From the IMG/VR virus record IMGVR_UViG_3300023116_000057, positions 1 to 56,841 of that record: a stretch of DNA of 56,841 bases. One strand, given 5' to 3'. A program made the translations under genes and the position numbers. The stretch's first letter is position 1. The number at the start of each line of letters is the position of its first letter. Shown here piece by piece: positions 49,114 through 56,712 of this stretch. The notes below the pieces were generated by a model. The model saw nothing but the letters and a program-made list of their open reading frames with translations, searched no databases and was not told where the DNA came from. The stretch comes from a virus (taxonomy: Duplodnaviria > Caudoviricetes).

Positions 49114-49404
49114 ATGATTTTCTCAAAGCCTGTGCCTTTTTCTGGAACTGCAACTTGTTCAGCGCATCTCAAGATCGGGATTTCTCCGGCTGGGACTCGC
49201 TATAACGTCTTTACCGAAGACAAAGAACCCGACGAGGTTCGCATGTACGTTGATGCTTACACGGCAAAACTTCATCGCCTTTGGTCCTCTCACTATGAAA
49301 GATGCTTTTCTCTGGAAAAGAAAGCGAGAAGAGAATCAGCGATGAACCAAGAAATTATCAAAAGTATCAGCGAGTACATTGATAATTTCTCGTCGATTGC
49401 TTGA
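49114..49404 (+). CDS. hypothetical protein
   Basis: start ATG 49114 after CACGGAGAAC leader. Confidence 0.6.
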   Translation: MIFSKPVPFSGTATCSAHLKIGISPAGTRYNVFTEDKEPDEVRMYVDAYTAKLHRLWSSHYERCFSLEKKARRESAMNQEIIKSISEYIDNFSSIA

Positions 49405-49434
49405 AAGTGTGAAAAATAGGAAATAGGAGGTAGT

Positions 49435-49683
49435 ATGTTCGGAATGAAAGATGTGACAGCGTCCCAGTCTCTAGCCGACATTCTGAGGCACTATAAAGCC
49501 ATTGGCAATATACAGGGCAGAGAGAGGCTTCTTTCTCGAACTCTAGACTCGCTGAGGTTTGATTATGGGATGAATTATCCCACAATCTTTGCGATGGCCC
49601 AGCGACTGTCTCCCGGTCTGACCATTGCAGATTGGGAAAACTTAATGATGGAGTTTGAAGATTGGGAGTCGGAATCACGCTAA
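49435..49683 (+). CDS. hypothetical protein
   Basis: AGGAGGT RBS. Confidence 0.65.
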   Translation: MFGMKDVTASQSLADILRHYKAIGNIQGRERLLSRTLDSLRFDYGMNYPTIFAMAQRLSPGLTIADWENLMMEFEDWESESR

Positions 49684-49704
49684 CAAAACACGGAGAACAA
49701 AACA

Positions 49705-50166
49705 ATGAAAGAAAAACAAAAAATCACTCGCTTCTGTCAAGAACAACTTGATAAATGGAATCTCAGTCAAGAAGGTTGGACACTCAAGTGGAACAAACGA
49801 CGAAAGTCTTGGGGTCTCTGCTGCTATCGAACAAAAACTATTCAACTCTCTGAAAGGTTTTTGTGTCACGGAGAGCAACTGTACGATACGGTTCTCCACG
49901 AAATTGCACATGCTCTCGCTGGACAAAGAGCAGGACATGGACCAATTTGGAAAAGATACGCAAGACAAGTTGGAGCAAACCCATCTAGGACAAAGTCAGC
50001 AAAAAGAACCAAAAAGTTTATGAAAAACATGGACTACAAATATCAATATTCCTGTAATGGGTGCGATAACACCGGAGGATTCTCCAGGCTCACAAACAAA
50101 TGGACTGAAGAAAGAGTCATCTGCACGAAATGTGGCTCTCGCGTTTCTTATCGACAGAGGCGATAA
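49705..50166 (+). CDS. SprT-like zinc metalloprotease
   Basis: WGLC, DTVLHEIAHAL, GHGPIWK, C-terminal CxxC...CxxC. Confidence 0.85.
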   Translation: MKEKQKITRFCQEQLDKWNLSQEGWTLKWNKRRKSWGLCCYRTKTIQLSERFLCHGEQLYDTVLHEIAHALAGQRAGHGPIWKRYARQVGANPSRTKSAKRTKKFMKNMDYKYQYSCNGCDNTGGFSRLTNKWTEERVICTKCGSRVSYRQRR

Positions 50167-50180
50167 GGGACCAAACAGGC

Positions 50181-50246
50181 ATTCTAAGAGCGTTTTGTCT
50201 TGCGCGAGTATCAAGACAAGGCTCAAAGACAAAACGCTCTTAGAAT
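50181..50246. repeat. 21-bp perfect inverted repeat
   Basis: ATTCTAAGAGCGTTTTGTCTT (50181-50201) / AAGACAAAACGCTCTTAGAAT (50226-50246). Confidence 0.9.
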
Positions 50247-50328
50247 TGCTCTAAATTTGTTATTTTTTTTCTTGACATTTTGAAATGAACTTGTTACCTT
50301 GGATTCTCAAGGAAAAAAGGAGTAAGCA

Positions 50329-50535
50329 ATGAAAAAAACAAACGTAGCAATTTTCGAAATCTTTGTTGGACTAGCCATCGGGCTAGTTCTAGCAATCATC
50401 ACACAACTATGCTGGAATAGCAGCATCGCTCCATTAATCGGAGCAAAAAGTTGCAGTTTCTGGCAAGCCTTCGGCATGAATGTCTTCGGCTCAATCGTTT
50501 TCAAAGACACCGTTACTCTCAAAAAGGAATCCTAA
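50329..50535 (+). CDS. small membrane protein
   Basis: hydrophobic; L.WN...P.....SFWQAFG; promoter TTGACA-17-TACCTT at 50272. Confidence 0.65.
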   Translation: MKKTNVAIFEIFVGLAIGLVLAIITQLCWNSSIAPLIGAKSCSFWQAFGMNVFGSIVFKDTVTLKKES

Positions 50536-50536
50536 G

Positions 50537-50803
50537 ATGAAAAAATTGCTAGAAGCAATACGAGAAGACCAACTGGTGGGAATAGGAAGTTGCTCGTCCA
50601 TCTCAGAAGCATATACAGACGAGGAAATCCTGGAATGCTTGGAAGAAAAAAACATCACAACAAAAAATGGTGCGCTGAAATGGGCGCACGATACCGAAGA
50701 ACTGTTTTTGTCATGCCTCACAACCAATTTTGACCTCTACGATGAATCCACGGTCAAGACTTTTTTTGAAGCAAGAAAAAAATATAACTACGAAGAGGAG
50801 TAA
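50537..50803 (+). CDS. hypothetical protein
   Basis: start ATG 50537; LVGIGSCSSISE motif. Confidence 0.65.
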   Translation: MKKLLEAIREDQLVGIGSCSSISEAYTDEEILECLEEKNITTKNGALKWAHDTEELFLSCLTTNFDLYDESTVKTFFEARKKYNYEEE

Positions 50804-50806
50804 ACA

Positions 50807-51169
50807 ATGAGCATCAAAAATCTGGAAATCAGAGAGTCCGAAATGTGTCATATCAACCAAATTGACCACAAATGGCAAAATAGAATGGAATTCCTTCTAT
50901 ACCCAGATGACATAAAATGGGAGTTCGCTGGACATGACCTCGGAGACATTGTCATCGAAAGACTTGCACACCTGCTGTTCGAAAATCCTACAAAATCTTG
51001 GTACTCAAACCACCCAGCGCAAACCGAAAAATTTCGCCAATCCTTCCTTGAGCAGTTCGAAGAAGCACTCTCCAAGTGTACACTACTAGATGATGACTTC
51101 TTCAATAAGAAAAAAAATCTCTCCCTCTTCCTAACCTTCACACCAAGACTTCAAAACCTAAGCTACTAA
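50807..51169 (+). CDS. hypothetical protein
   Basis: GAGGAG RBS. Confidence 0.6.
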   Translation: MSIKNLEIRESEMCHINQIDHKWQNRMEFLLYPDDIKWEFAGHDLGDIVIERLAHLLFENPTKSWYSNHPAQTEKFRQSFLEQFEEALSKCTLLDDDFFNKKKNLSLFLTFTPRLQNLSY

Positions 51170-51286
51170 AAACATTGAAGAATAACAATTCCCTCCAAAA
51201 AAAAGAAAAAAACACTTGACTCCGCGCCACACAATGTGTACCTTCATAACAAGGCAACAACAACCCACAAACAAAAGGTGAAAACA

Positions 51287-51511
51287 ATGAAGTTTGCAAT
51301 CCTCTACGTTCCACACGATACCGAAGAAGAACCCTGCATCTGCGGTATCTTCAAAAATTGGAGAGCAGCACATGATACGCTCCTCTCCAAAGGATACACA
51401 AACATCGTAAAGCAATCTGGTGAATTCTATACCTCACCAGACCCCAACGAAGATGGCCTCTACACCACAACCAGCATTCCAACAGAAGAAAATATCTTCG
51501 ACCCCATTTAA
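51287..51511 (+). CDS. hypothetical protein
   Basis: start ATG 51287 after AGGTG; promoter TTGACT-17-TACCTT at 51216. Confidence 0.6.
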   Translation: MKFAILYVPHDTEEEPCICGIFKNWRAAHDTLLSKGYTNIVKQSGEFYTSPDPNEDGLYTTTSIPTEENIFDPI

Positions 51512-51565
51512 GTTACCAAAAATCACAAGACAACAAAAAAAAAGAAAAAAACACAGGAGAACAAT

Positions 51566-51877
51566 ATGTACAACACATACTATGTCGGACCTTACCTCAC
51601 ATTCAAACACGCCAACAAAGAATGCTACGGCAATTCATACATCGTCGGCATAGCATACGCATTCGACGCATATGGACTCATCGGACCAGAACATAACGGC
51701 ATTTTCGTACTCGACGATACACACAAAGAAGTCGTACTCGACAGACACTCAGAATCAACAACATTCAGAAATGAACCAACTACAACACAACTCGACGAAT
51801 TTAAACGCATCATGAAAATGAATCAAGACGAATTCATCATCTTCATCCAGCAAAACCCACGCTCCAGACTTATGTGA
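51566..51877 (+). CDS. hypothetical protein
   Basis: AGGAG RBS; strong third-position A/C codon bias. Confidence 0.65.
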   Translation: MYNTYYVGPYLTFKHANKECYGNSYIVGIAYAFDAYGLIGPEHNGIFVLDDTHKEVVLDRHSESTTFRNEPTTTQLDEFKRIMKMNQDEFIIFIQQNPRSRLM

Positions 51878-52008
51878 TAAAATGTTCACAACGCCAAACA
51901 AATAATAAATGAAAAAAAAGAAAAAGTTTTTTCATGGCGTTTCTGTAATTGTTGTGGGGGTTTAAGACCCCTACACACACAAAAGTTACAGAAAATTGAA
52001 AAAAAGTC

Positions 52009-52084
52009 TTGACAAGATGCCCCAGGTCGGTTATATTCAAAACATCGGAGGCAATAACGCCTCTCAAAAACGTCACAGGAGTTT
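52009..52084 (+). promoter_or_regulatory. promoter-hairpin-RBS cassette 3
   Basis: TTGACA-17-TATATT; GGAGGC-aataac-GCCTCT; AGGAG. Confidence 0.8.
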
Positions 52085-52321
52085 GTGATGACTAAGAAAG
52101 AAATGGTTCGACAGTTCGTTCAAAAACAATTCAACAATAATCTGACTTTCGTTACAACCGATGAGGTCAGGCTCAACGTTCCCAGTGTCGCAAAATGGAA
52201 GGATTATCAGATTAAAAAATGCGTACTCCAGGCTGGGGGTTGGCCGAGTGGAAAAGTCATCCTCAGTGTGAAAAACGAGGCTCAGAAAACTCGCGAAAAG
52301 TGGCATTACAAGCGCAGATAA
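52085..52321 (+). CDS. hypothetical protein
   Basis: 78 aa downstream of cassette 3. Confidence 0.6.
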   Translation: MMTKKEMVRQFVQKQFNNNLTFVTTDEVRLNVPSVAKWKDYQIKKCVLQAGGWPSGKVILSVKNEAQKTREKWHYKRR

Positions 52322-52341
52322 GGCGAGTTGACATCTCACCA

Positions 52342-52425
52342 GTCTCTGTGGTGGAACTGGCAGACACGACAGACTTAAAATCTGTTGCCCTAAAAGGCGT
52401 GAGGGTTCGAATCCCTCCAGAGACA
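52342..52425 (+). tRNA. tRNA-Leu(TAA)
   Basis: acceptor GTCTCTG/CAGAGAC-A; anticodon arm ACAGA-CTTAAAA-TCTGT; long variable arm; GAGGG-TTCGAAT-CCCTC. Confidence 0.93.
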
Positions 52426-52563
52426 TTCCAAACTTTCTACACGTTGAGCAGTTTTGAGACAAAAAGCAAAGCTCAACGTTTTCAACGACTTAGTTAAACC
52501 TTCTCTATAAGAGAACAACAAGCAGCAGGTTCCAACTTTTTTCACGCAGAGCGACAAAAAGTC

Positions 52564-52639
52564 TTGACAAGATGCTCCAGGTCTGTTATCTTCAAGGCAT
52601 CGGAGGCAATAACGCCTCTCAAAAACATCACAGGAGTTT
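52564..52639 (+). promoter_or_regulatory. promoter-hairpin-RBS cassette 4
   Basis: TTGACA-17-TATCTT; GGAGGC-aataac-GCCTCT; AGGAG. Confidence 0.8.
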
Positions 52640-52852
52640 GTGATGCACTACACATTTGTTAGAGAATTCATTGATACAAACCCAAACCTACTCTCCAAAG
52701 TCATCCGTCTTGTCGAAGACGGAGATTTTGAAGAGTTTGACCGACTCATATTCCACAGACTCTTTTTTGAGGGAGTCTTGAGTGCTGCGTTGTCCCAAAG
52801 TTTGTTCGAACAATACCAATACGAAATTAAAGAAGGTATATTGCCAACATAG
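52640..52852 (+). CDS. hypothetical protein
   Basis: 70 aa downstream of cassette 4. Confidence 0.6.
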   Translation: MMHYTFVREFIDTNPNLLSKVIRLVEDGDFEEFDRLIFHRLFFEGVLSAALSQSLFEQYQYEIKEGILPT

Positions 52853-52864
52853 TCTCAGAAAATC

Positions 52865-52938
52865 GGACCCGTAGTTCAGATGGTTAGAACTCCCGGCTCA
52901 TAACCGGGTGGTCCTCGGTTCGAATCCGAGCGGGTCCA
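52865..52938 (+). tRNA. tRNA-CAT (elongator Met or Ile2)
   Basis: acceptor GGACCCG/CGGGTCC-A; CCCGG-CTCATAA-CCGGG; CTCGG-TTCGAAT-CCGAG; paired 1:72, so not initiator. Confidence 0.92.
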
Positions 52939-53103
52939 CAAAACGCTCCCCTTTGCTGGTAAACTCCTAAAAAAACAAAGCAAAGGGGAGCAATTTCTCT
53001 CTCAACATTCCAAACTTTCTACACGACAAGCGATTTTCCTCCAAAAAGCAAAGCTCAATATTTTCAACGACTTAGATAGACCCTTCCCATAAGAGAACAA
53101 TAA

Positions 53104-53591
53104 GCAGCAGGTTTCAACTTTTTTCACGCGGAGTGAAAAAAAGTGTTGACAAGACACCCCAGTTTGATTATTGTTGAATTCACGGAGCAATGACGCTCCC
53201 AAATGAAAGGAAAAAACGATGAGACAACGAAAACTGAACAGGACAAGCCTGGGCTGGGCCGTCCACAACCTGATCGCACACCCTCTATCTGAGATGTTGT
53301 GGGTGTGCGCGTTCGTCCTGGAGGCACTCTGTCTGCCGAATCTAGCAGACAGAACCGAGGATCTGGGCCATTGGGTCCACGACGTTACTGTACCTGAACA
53401 CGAGCCAGGCACAGGAAGAGGGTGACGACGATGACATGGTTCTACTTTTGGGAGTGGCTCTTCAGCCTCTTGGCAGCAGGTTTCAACTTTTTTCACGCGG
53501 AGTGAAAAAAAGTATTGACAAGACACCCCAGTTTGATTATTGTTGAATTCACGGAGCAATGACGCTCCCAAATGAAAGGAAAAAACGATGA
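53104..53591 (+). repeat. near-identical ~118-bp direct repeat carrying cassettes 5 and 6 (53104-53222 vs 53473-53591)
   Basis: one mismatch seen (GTGTTGACA vs GTATTGACA); TTGACA-17-TATTGT; GGAGC-aatgac-GCTCC; identity ends at ATGAG. Confidence 0.9.
53219..53425 (+). CDS. hypothetical protein
   Basis: WAVHNLIAHPLSE...WVHDVTVP motif. Confidence 0.7.
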   Translation: MRQRKLNRTSLGWAVHNLIAHPLSEMLWVCAFVLEALCLPNLADRTEDLGHWVHDVTVPEHEPGTGRG

Positions 53592-53782
53592 GCAAATGGT
53601 ATTTTGGGTACGTTGTTTGTCATGATGCGGAAATCATGACGTGGGATGTAAGCCTGAAGATGGCAGCGGAATACATTGAAAGTTCCGATTGGCATCTAAT
53701 CGATGATGGCAGCGAGGTCCACAAAGATGACCTTGATATTATGCCAATCGAAGAGTATGAAATGCTCTTTGGTCCAGGGTGA
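53588..53782 (+). CDS. hypothetical protein
   Basis: 64 aa downstream of cassette 6. Confidence 0.6.
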   Translation: MSKWYFGYVVCHDAEIMTWDVSLKMAAEYIESSDWHLIDDGSEVHKDDLDIMPIEEYEMLFGPG

Positions 53783-53853
53783 AAAGAGTAAAAAGAGGTC
53801 TCCACAGAGTTTCCAGGTACAAGTCCTAATCTTTCTTATAAAAAGGAATAAAA

Positions 53854-54009
53854 ATGAAGAAGTTAACAGGCATGATAGAGTCCCTTGTAACTGCAATGGA
53901 AACTTTTTTATTGGTCACTGTAACAACGTTGTTTGCGATTGGAATCGCAACTCCGTTCGGATTGCTTGTTTATGCCATATGGCGATATTTTATCGTTATT
54001 GTCTTGTAA
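53854..54009 (+). CDS. small membrane protein (51 aa, not in ORF track)
   Basis: AAGGA RBS; MKKLTGMIESLVTAMETFLLVTVTTLFAIGIATPFGLLVYAIWRYFIVIVL. Confidence 0.5.
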   Translation: MKKLTGMIESLVTAMETFLLVTVTTLFAIGIATPFGLLVYAIWRYFIVIVL

Positions 54010-54034
54010 GGTGAAAAAAAAAGAAAAAAAAGTG

Positions 54035-54111
54035 TTGACAAGAGGCTCCAGGTTGATTATTGTTGAATTCACGGAGCAATGATGTTCCCAAACATCACAA
54101 AGGAGAAAGTG
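54035..54111 (+). promoter_or_regulatory. promoter-hairpin-RBS cassette 7
   Basis: TTGACA-17-TATTGT; GGAGC-aatgat-GTTCC; AAGGAG. Confidence 0.8.
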
Positions 54112-55599
54112 ATGAAACCATCGAAATACCAGGAAGCAATCGCCAACGCCATCACCACCAACACAGGGAACCTGCAAGTCGGGGCCGTCGCAGGTTCCGG
54201 CAAGTCAACCACCTTGGCTCAAGTAGTTGCTCCCAGACTTTCCGGGACAACCTGTTTTCTGGCTTTTAACAAAGCCATCGCGACCGAATTGGGCAACAAA
54301 CTGCCCAAAGGAACAGAGGCGAAAACAATCCACTCACTCGCCTATGGTCCTGTGAGAAGGAGATACAAGCAAACAAAGGTGGAAGGGCGTAAATACGCCA
54401 CGATCGTGGGGGATTTTTTGGAGCATCTTCCAGGTGCATCTGCTTCTGTTGTCAATTTAATTGACAATGGAGCCGACTTGCGCTCCCCGTTGGTCAAGAT
54501 GATCGATTTGGTGAGAAATACTCTCACCAACCCAGAGGACGACAAAGCAGTGATTAATCTCGCAAATCACTACGATGTCGAAATGCCAACAGGGAGTCTG
54601 TTGGAGTATTTTTTCGTCGCTCTGAACAAAATCCTGGCTGCCGGTCGCGCAGAATCAAAATTCTGGCTGGATTTTACCGACATGTTGTGGCTTGCTGCCA
54701 CTGACCCAACAATCCAGCCCAAAAAATACGACTGGCTACTTATCGACGAGTGTCAAGACTTGTCAAAGGCGCAACTGGCTGTTGTCTCAAAGGCTCTTAA
54801 GCCAGGAGGTCGAGCAGTTTTTGCTGGGGATGCTCGACAAGCCATTAATGGCTTTGCCGGGGCCGATTGTGACAGTTTTATGAACATTCACAAAGAAATG
54901 GATACCACCATCCTGCCTCTGACCATTTGTTACCGCTGCGATGCCTCCATCATCCGGGAGGCTCAAAAGATTGTCCCGGAAATCGAGGCTCGCGAGGGCG
55001 CAGCAGAGGGAAGTGTCTCCAGCATTTCAGAGGAAAAATTCAGCCCTGTTGAGGGTGACATGGTTCTCTGCCGAACTAATGCTCCCCTCGTAAGCCTTTG
55101 TTTTCGCTTGATTTCAGAGGGCAAGCCTGCTCGAATCAAAGGTCGTGACATCGGCGCAGGTCTCATCTCAACAGCAAAAAAAATAACAAAAAAACGAGGG
55201 TTTGCTGCTTTGGGTTGGGAGAACTTTGGCGAGGCTGTTCAGCAATGGCTCCAAGCCGAGCGTGTTAAACTGGAAAAGAGAAAAGCCGACGAAGGTCGTT
55301 TTCAGGCTCTCTCCGACAGAGCAGAGTGCTTGACGGTCATCTGGTCGTCTTCGACAATAAACACGCTTAGGGACTTCGAGAAGACTGTTAAAGGCATTTT
55401 CTCTGATGACCGTCCCGGCATCCAACTGTCGAGTGTACACCGCTCCAAAGGTCTCGAAAACGAGCGTGTATACATTATCCGTCCTGAACTACTCCCCGGA
55501 CCCTGGGCAGAGGAAGGAACGTGGCAGTATGAGCAGGAAATCAACCTGAAATATGTCGCGATAACAAGAGCGAAACATGAACTCGTTTGGGTTCGCTAA
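54112..55599 (+). CDS. UvrD/Rep-like superfamily 1 helicase
   Basis: YQ Q-motif, AVAGSGKST, LAFNK, TIHS, LIDECQD, GDARQAI.GFAGA, YRC, LCRTN, SSVHRSKGLE, YVAITRAK. Confidence 0.92.
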   Translation: MKPSKYQEAIANAITTNTGNLQVGAVAGSGKSTTLAQVVAPRLSGTTCFLAFNKAIATELGNKLPKGTEAKTIHSLAYGPVRRRYKQTKVEGRKYATIVGDFLEHLPGASASVVNLIDNGADLRSPLVKMIDLVRNTLTNPEDDKAVINLANHYDVEMPTGSLLEYFFVALNKILAAGRAESKFWLDFTDMLWLAATDPTIQPKKYDWLLIDECQDLSKAQLAVVSKALKPGGRAVFAGDARQAINGFAGADCDSFMNIHKEMDTTILPLTICYRCDASIIREAQKIVPEIEAREGAAEGSVSSISEEKFSPVEGDMVLCRTNAPLVSLCFRLISEGKPARIKGRDIGAGLISTAKKITKKRGFAALGWENFGEAVQQWLQAERVKLEKRKADEGRFQALSDRAECLTVIWSSSTINTLRDFEKTVKGIFSDDRPGIQLSSVHRSKGLENERVYIIRPELLPGPWAEEGTWQYEQEINLKYVAITRAKHELVWVR

Positions 55600-55638
55600 C
55601 CTCCCTCCCAGCATCCTCCCAGCATCCTCCCACAATCC

Positions 55639-55756
55639 TCTCCAGAAAATCCTCTCCAGAAAATCCTCTCCAGAAAAACGAGCCTCCAGAAAATTGTCTC
55701 CAGAAAAACGAGCCTACAGAAAAACCTCCTCAGAAAAACGAGCCTCCAGAAAATTG
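55639..55756 (+). repeat. CAGAAAA-core tandem array (8 cores, 14/16-bp spacing)
   Basis: CTCCAGAAAATCCT / CTCCAGAAAAACGAGC / CTCCAGAAAATTGT units. Confidence 0.88.
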
Positions 55757-55808
55757 TCTAGCAAAATCAAGCTCTTGAAAGTTTTTTCTCCCCCAGGTGC
55801 ATTTTTTG

Positions 55809-55885
55809 TTGACAACCTCCGCTGGCTTTGATATGCTTTGAACTCGTCGCAATGTTGCGACCCAAACATCACAAAGGAGAACGTG
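55809..55885 (+). promoter_or_regulatory. promoter-hairpin-RBS cassette 8
   Basis: TTGACA-17-TATGCT; GTCGC-aatgtt-GCGAC; AAACATCACAAAGGAGAACGTG. Confidence 0.78.
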
Positions 55886-56161
55886 ATGAAAAGAGGAACG
55901 CTTTACCTGCTTCATTTTTCCCGACCCCTCAGCCATGCCAAGCACTACCTTGGCTTTACCACACGAACACCCGAAGACCGTCTTCGAGAACACCTCGAAG
56001 GCAAAGGCTCACCACTGGTTAAGGCAGCGGTCGAGGCAGGAATCGACGTGACCATATCTCGCACCTGGCGAGATAAAACACGCTCCGACGAGCGTTCTCT
56101 GAAAAACCAAAAAAACGGCCCCAGGCTCTGCCCCTGCTGTAACCCTCGCCTTAAAGAGTAG
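55886..56161 (+). CDS. small GIY-YIG nuclease
   Basis: GTLYLLHF...HYLGFT...RLREH..G.G...ER.LK, C-terminal CPCC. Confidence 0.8.
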   Translation: MKRGTLYLLHFSRPLSHAKHYLGFTTRTPEDRLREHLEGKGSPLVKAAVEAGIDVTISRTWRDKTRSDERSLKNQKNGPRLCPCCNPRLKE

Positions 56162-56177
56162 CACCCTCCCAGCATCC

Positions 56178-56283
56178 TCTCCAGAAAATCCACTCCAGAA
56201 AAACGAGCCTTCAGAAAATCCACTCCAGAAAAACGAGCCTTCAGAAAATCCACTCCAGAAAAACGAGCCTTCAGAAAATTGTC
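56178..56283 (+). repeat. CAGAAAA-core tandem array (7 cores; 30-bp unit x3)
   Basis: CAGAAAATCCACTCCAGAAAAACGAGCCTT repeated. Confidence 0.88.
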
Positions 56284-56334
56284 TAACAAAATCAATGGCT
56301 TGCAAGTTTTTTTCTCCCCAGGTGCATTTTCTTC

Positions 56335-56409
56335 TTGACATTTTGGAGAAACGCCTTTAACTTGGGTGTTCCGAGGTAATAACGCCTCGCAAACATCACA
56401 AAGGAGAAC
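56335..56409 (+). promoter_or_regulatory. promoter-hairpin-RBS cassette 9
   Basis: TTGACA-17-TAACTT; CGAGGT-aataac-GCCTCG; AAACATCACAAAGGAGAACGTG. Confidence 0.78.
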
Positions 56410-56643
56410 GTGATGGTCTCAATCATTCAGTTTTCTGTCCTATTCTTTGCAGCAATCGCTGCCTTCATCTTCATCGGGGTGACAATTGCATTCATTCCCG
56501 TGGGAGGTCTAGCAGCGCCCCTGCTGGCTCTTTTCCTCATCGTGGGATCGGCCTCCTACCTTTTGGTAGAGGCCATCATACATAATCCCCGGTTTTTTCT
56601 AGCATCCGGCGTGGGGTGTGTCGCCTTCTTTGTGGGGGTGTAA
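56410..56643 (+). CDS. small membrane protein
   Basis: 77 aa, 2-3 hydrophobic helices. Confidence 0.65.
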   Translation: MMVSIIQFSVLFFAAIAAFIFIGVTIAFIPVGGLAAPLLALFLIVGSASYLLVEAIIHNPRFFLASGVGCVAFFVGV

Positions 56644-56712
56644 AATGCTCCTCTTCCTTCTTTGTCTAGCCTGCTTTGTTGGCAGGCTTGCCAGGTTAGA
56701 CGGTCAATTGTA

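Larger units (their letters stand above)
52423..53221 (+). repeat. dispersed ~150-bp promoter-upstream repeat (52423-52570 vs 53005-53153)
   Basis: shared ACATTCCAAACTTTCTACACG...AAAAAGCAAAGCTCAA..TTTTCAACGACTTAG...ATAAGAGAACAA.AAGCAGCAGGTT.CAACTTTTTTCACGC. Confidence 0.85.

Noticed and set aside
52219-52497. ORF overlapping tRNA-Leu
   Set aside because: It spans a well-formed tRNA and another CDS.
55577-55831. ORFs 55577-55831 and 55587-55778
   Set aside because: They are translations of the non-coding CAGAAAA array, with no RBS.
1338-56341. Minus-strand ORFs in the track
   Set aside because: They are shadows of + strand genes, tRNAs or repeats, with no recognisable motifs; promoters and terminators all point +.
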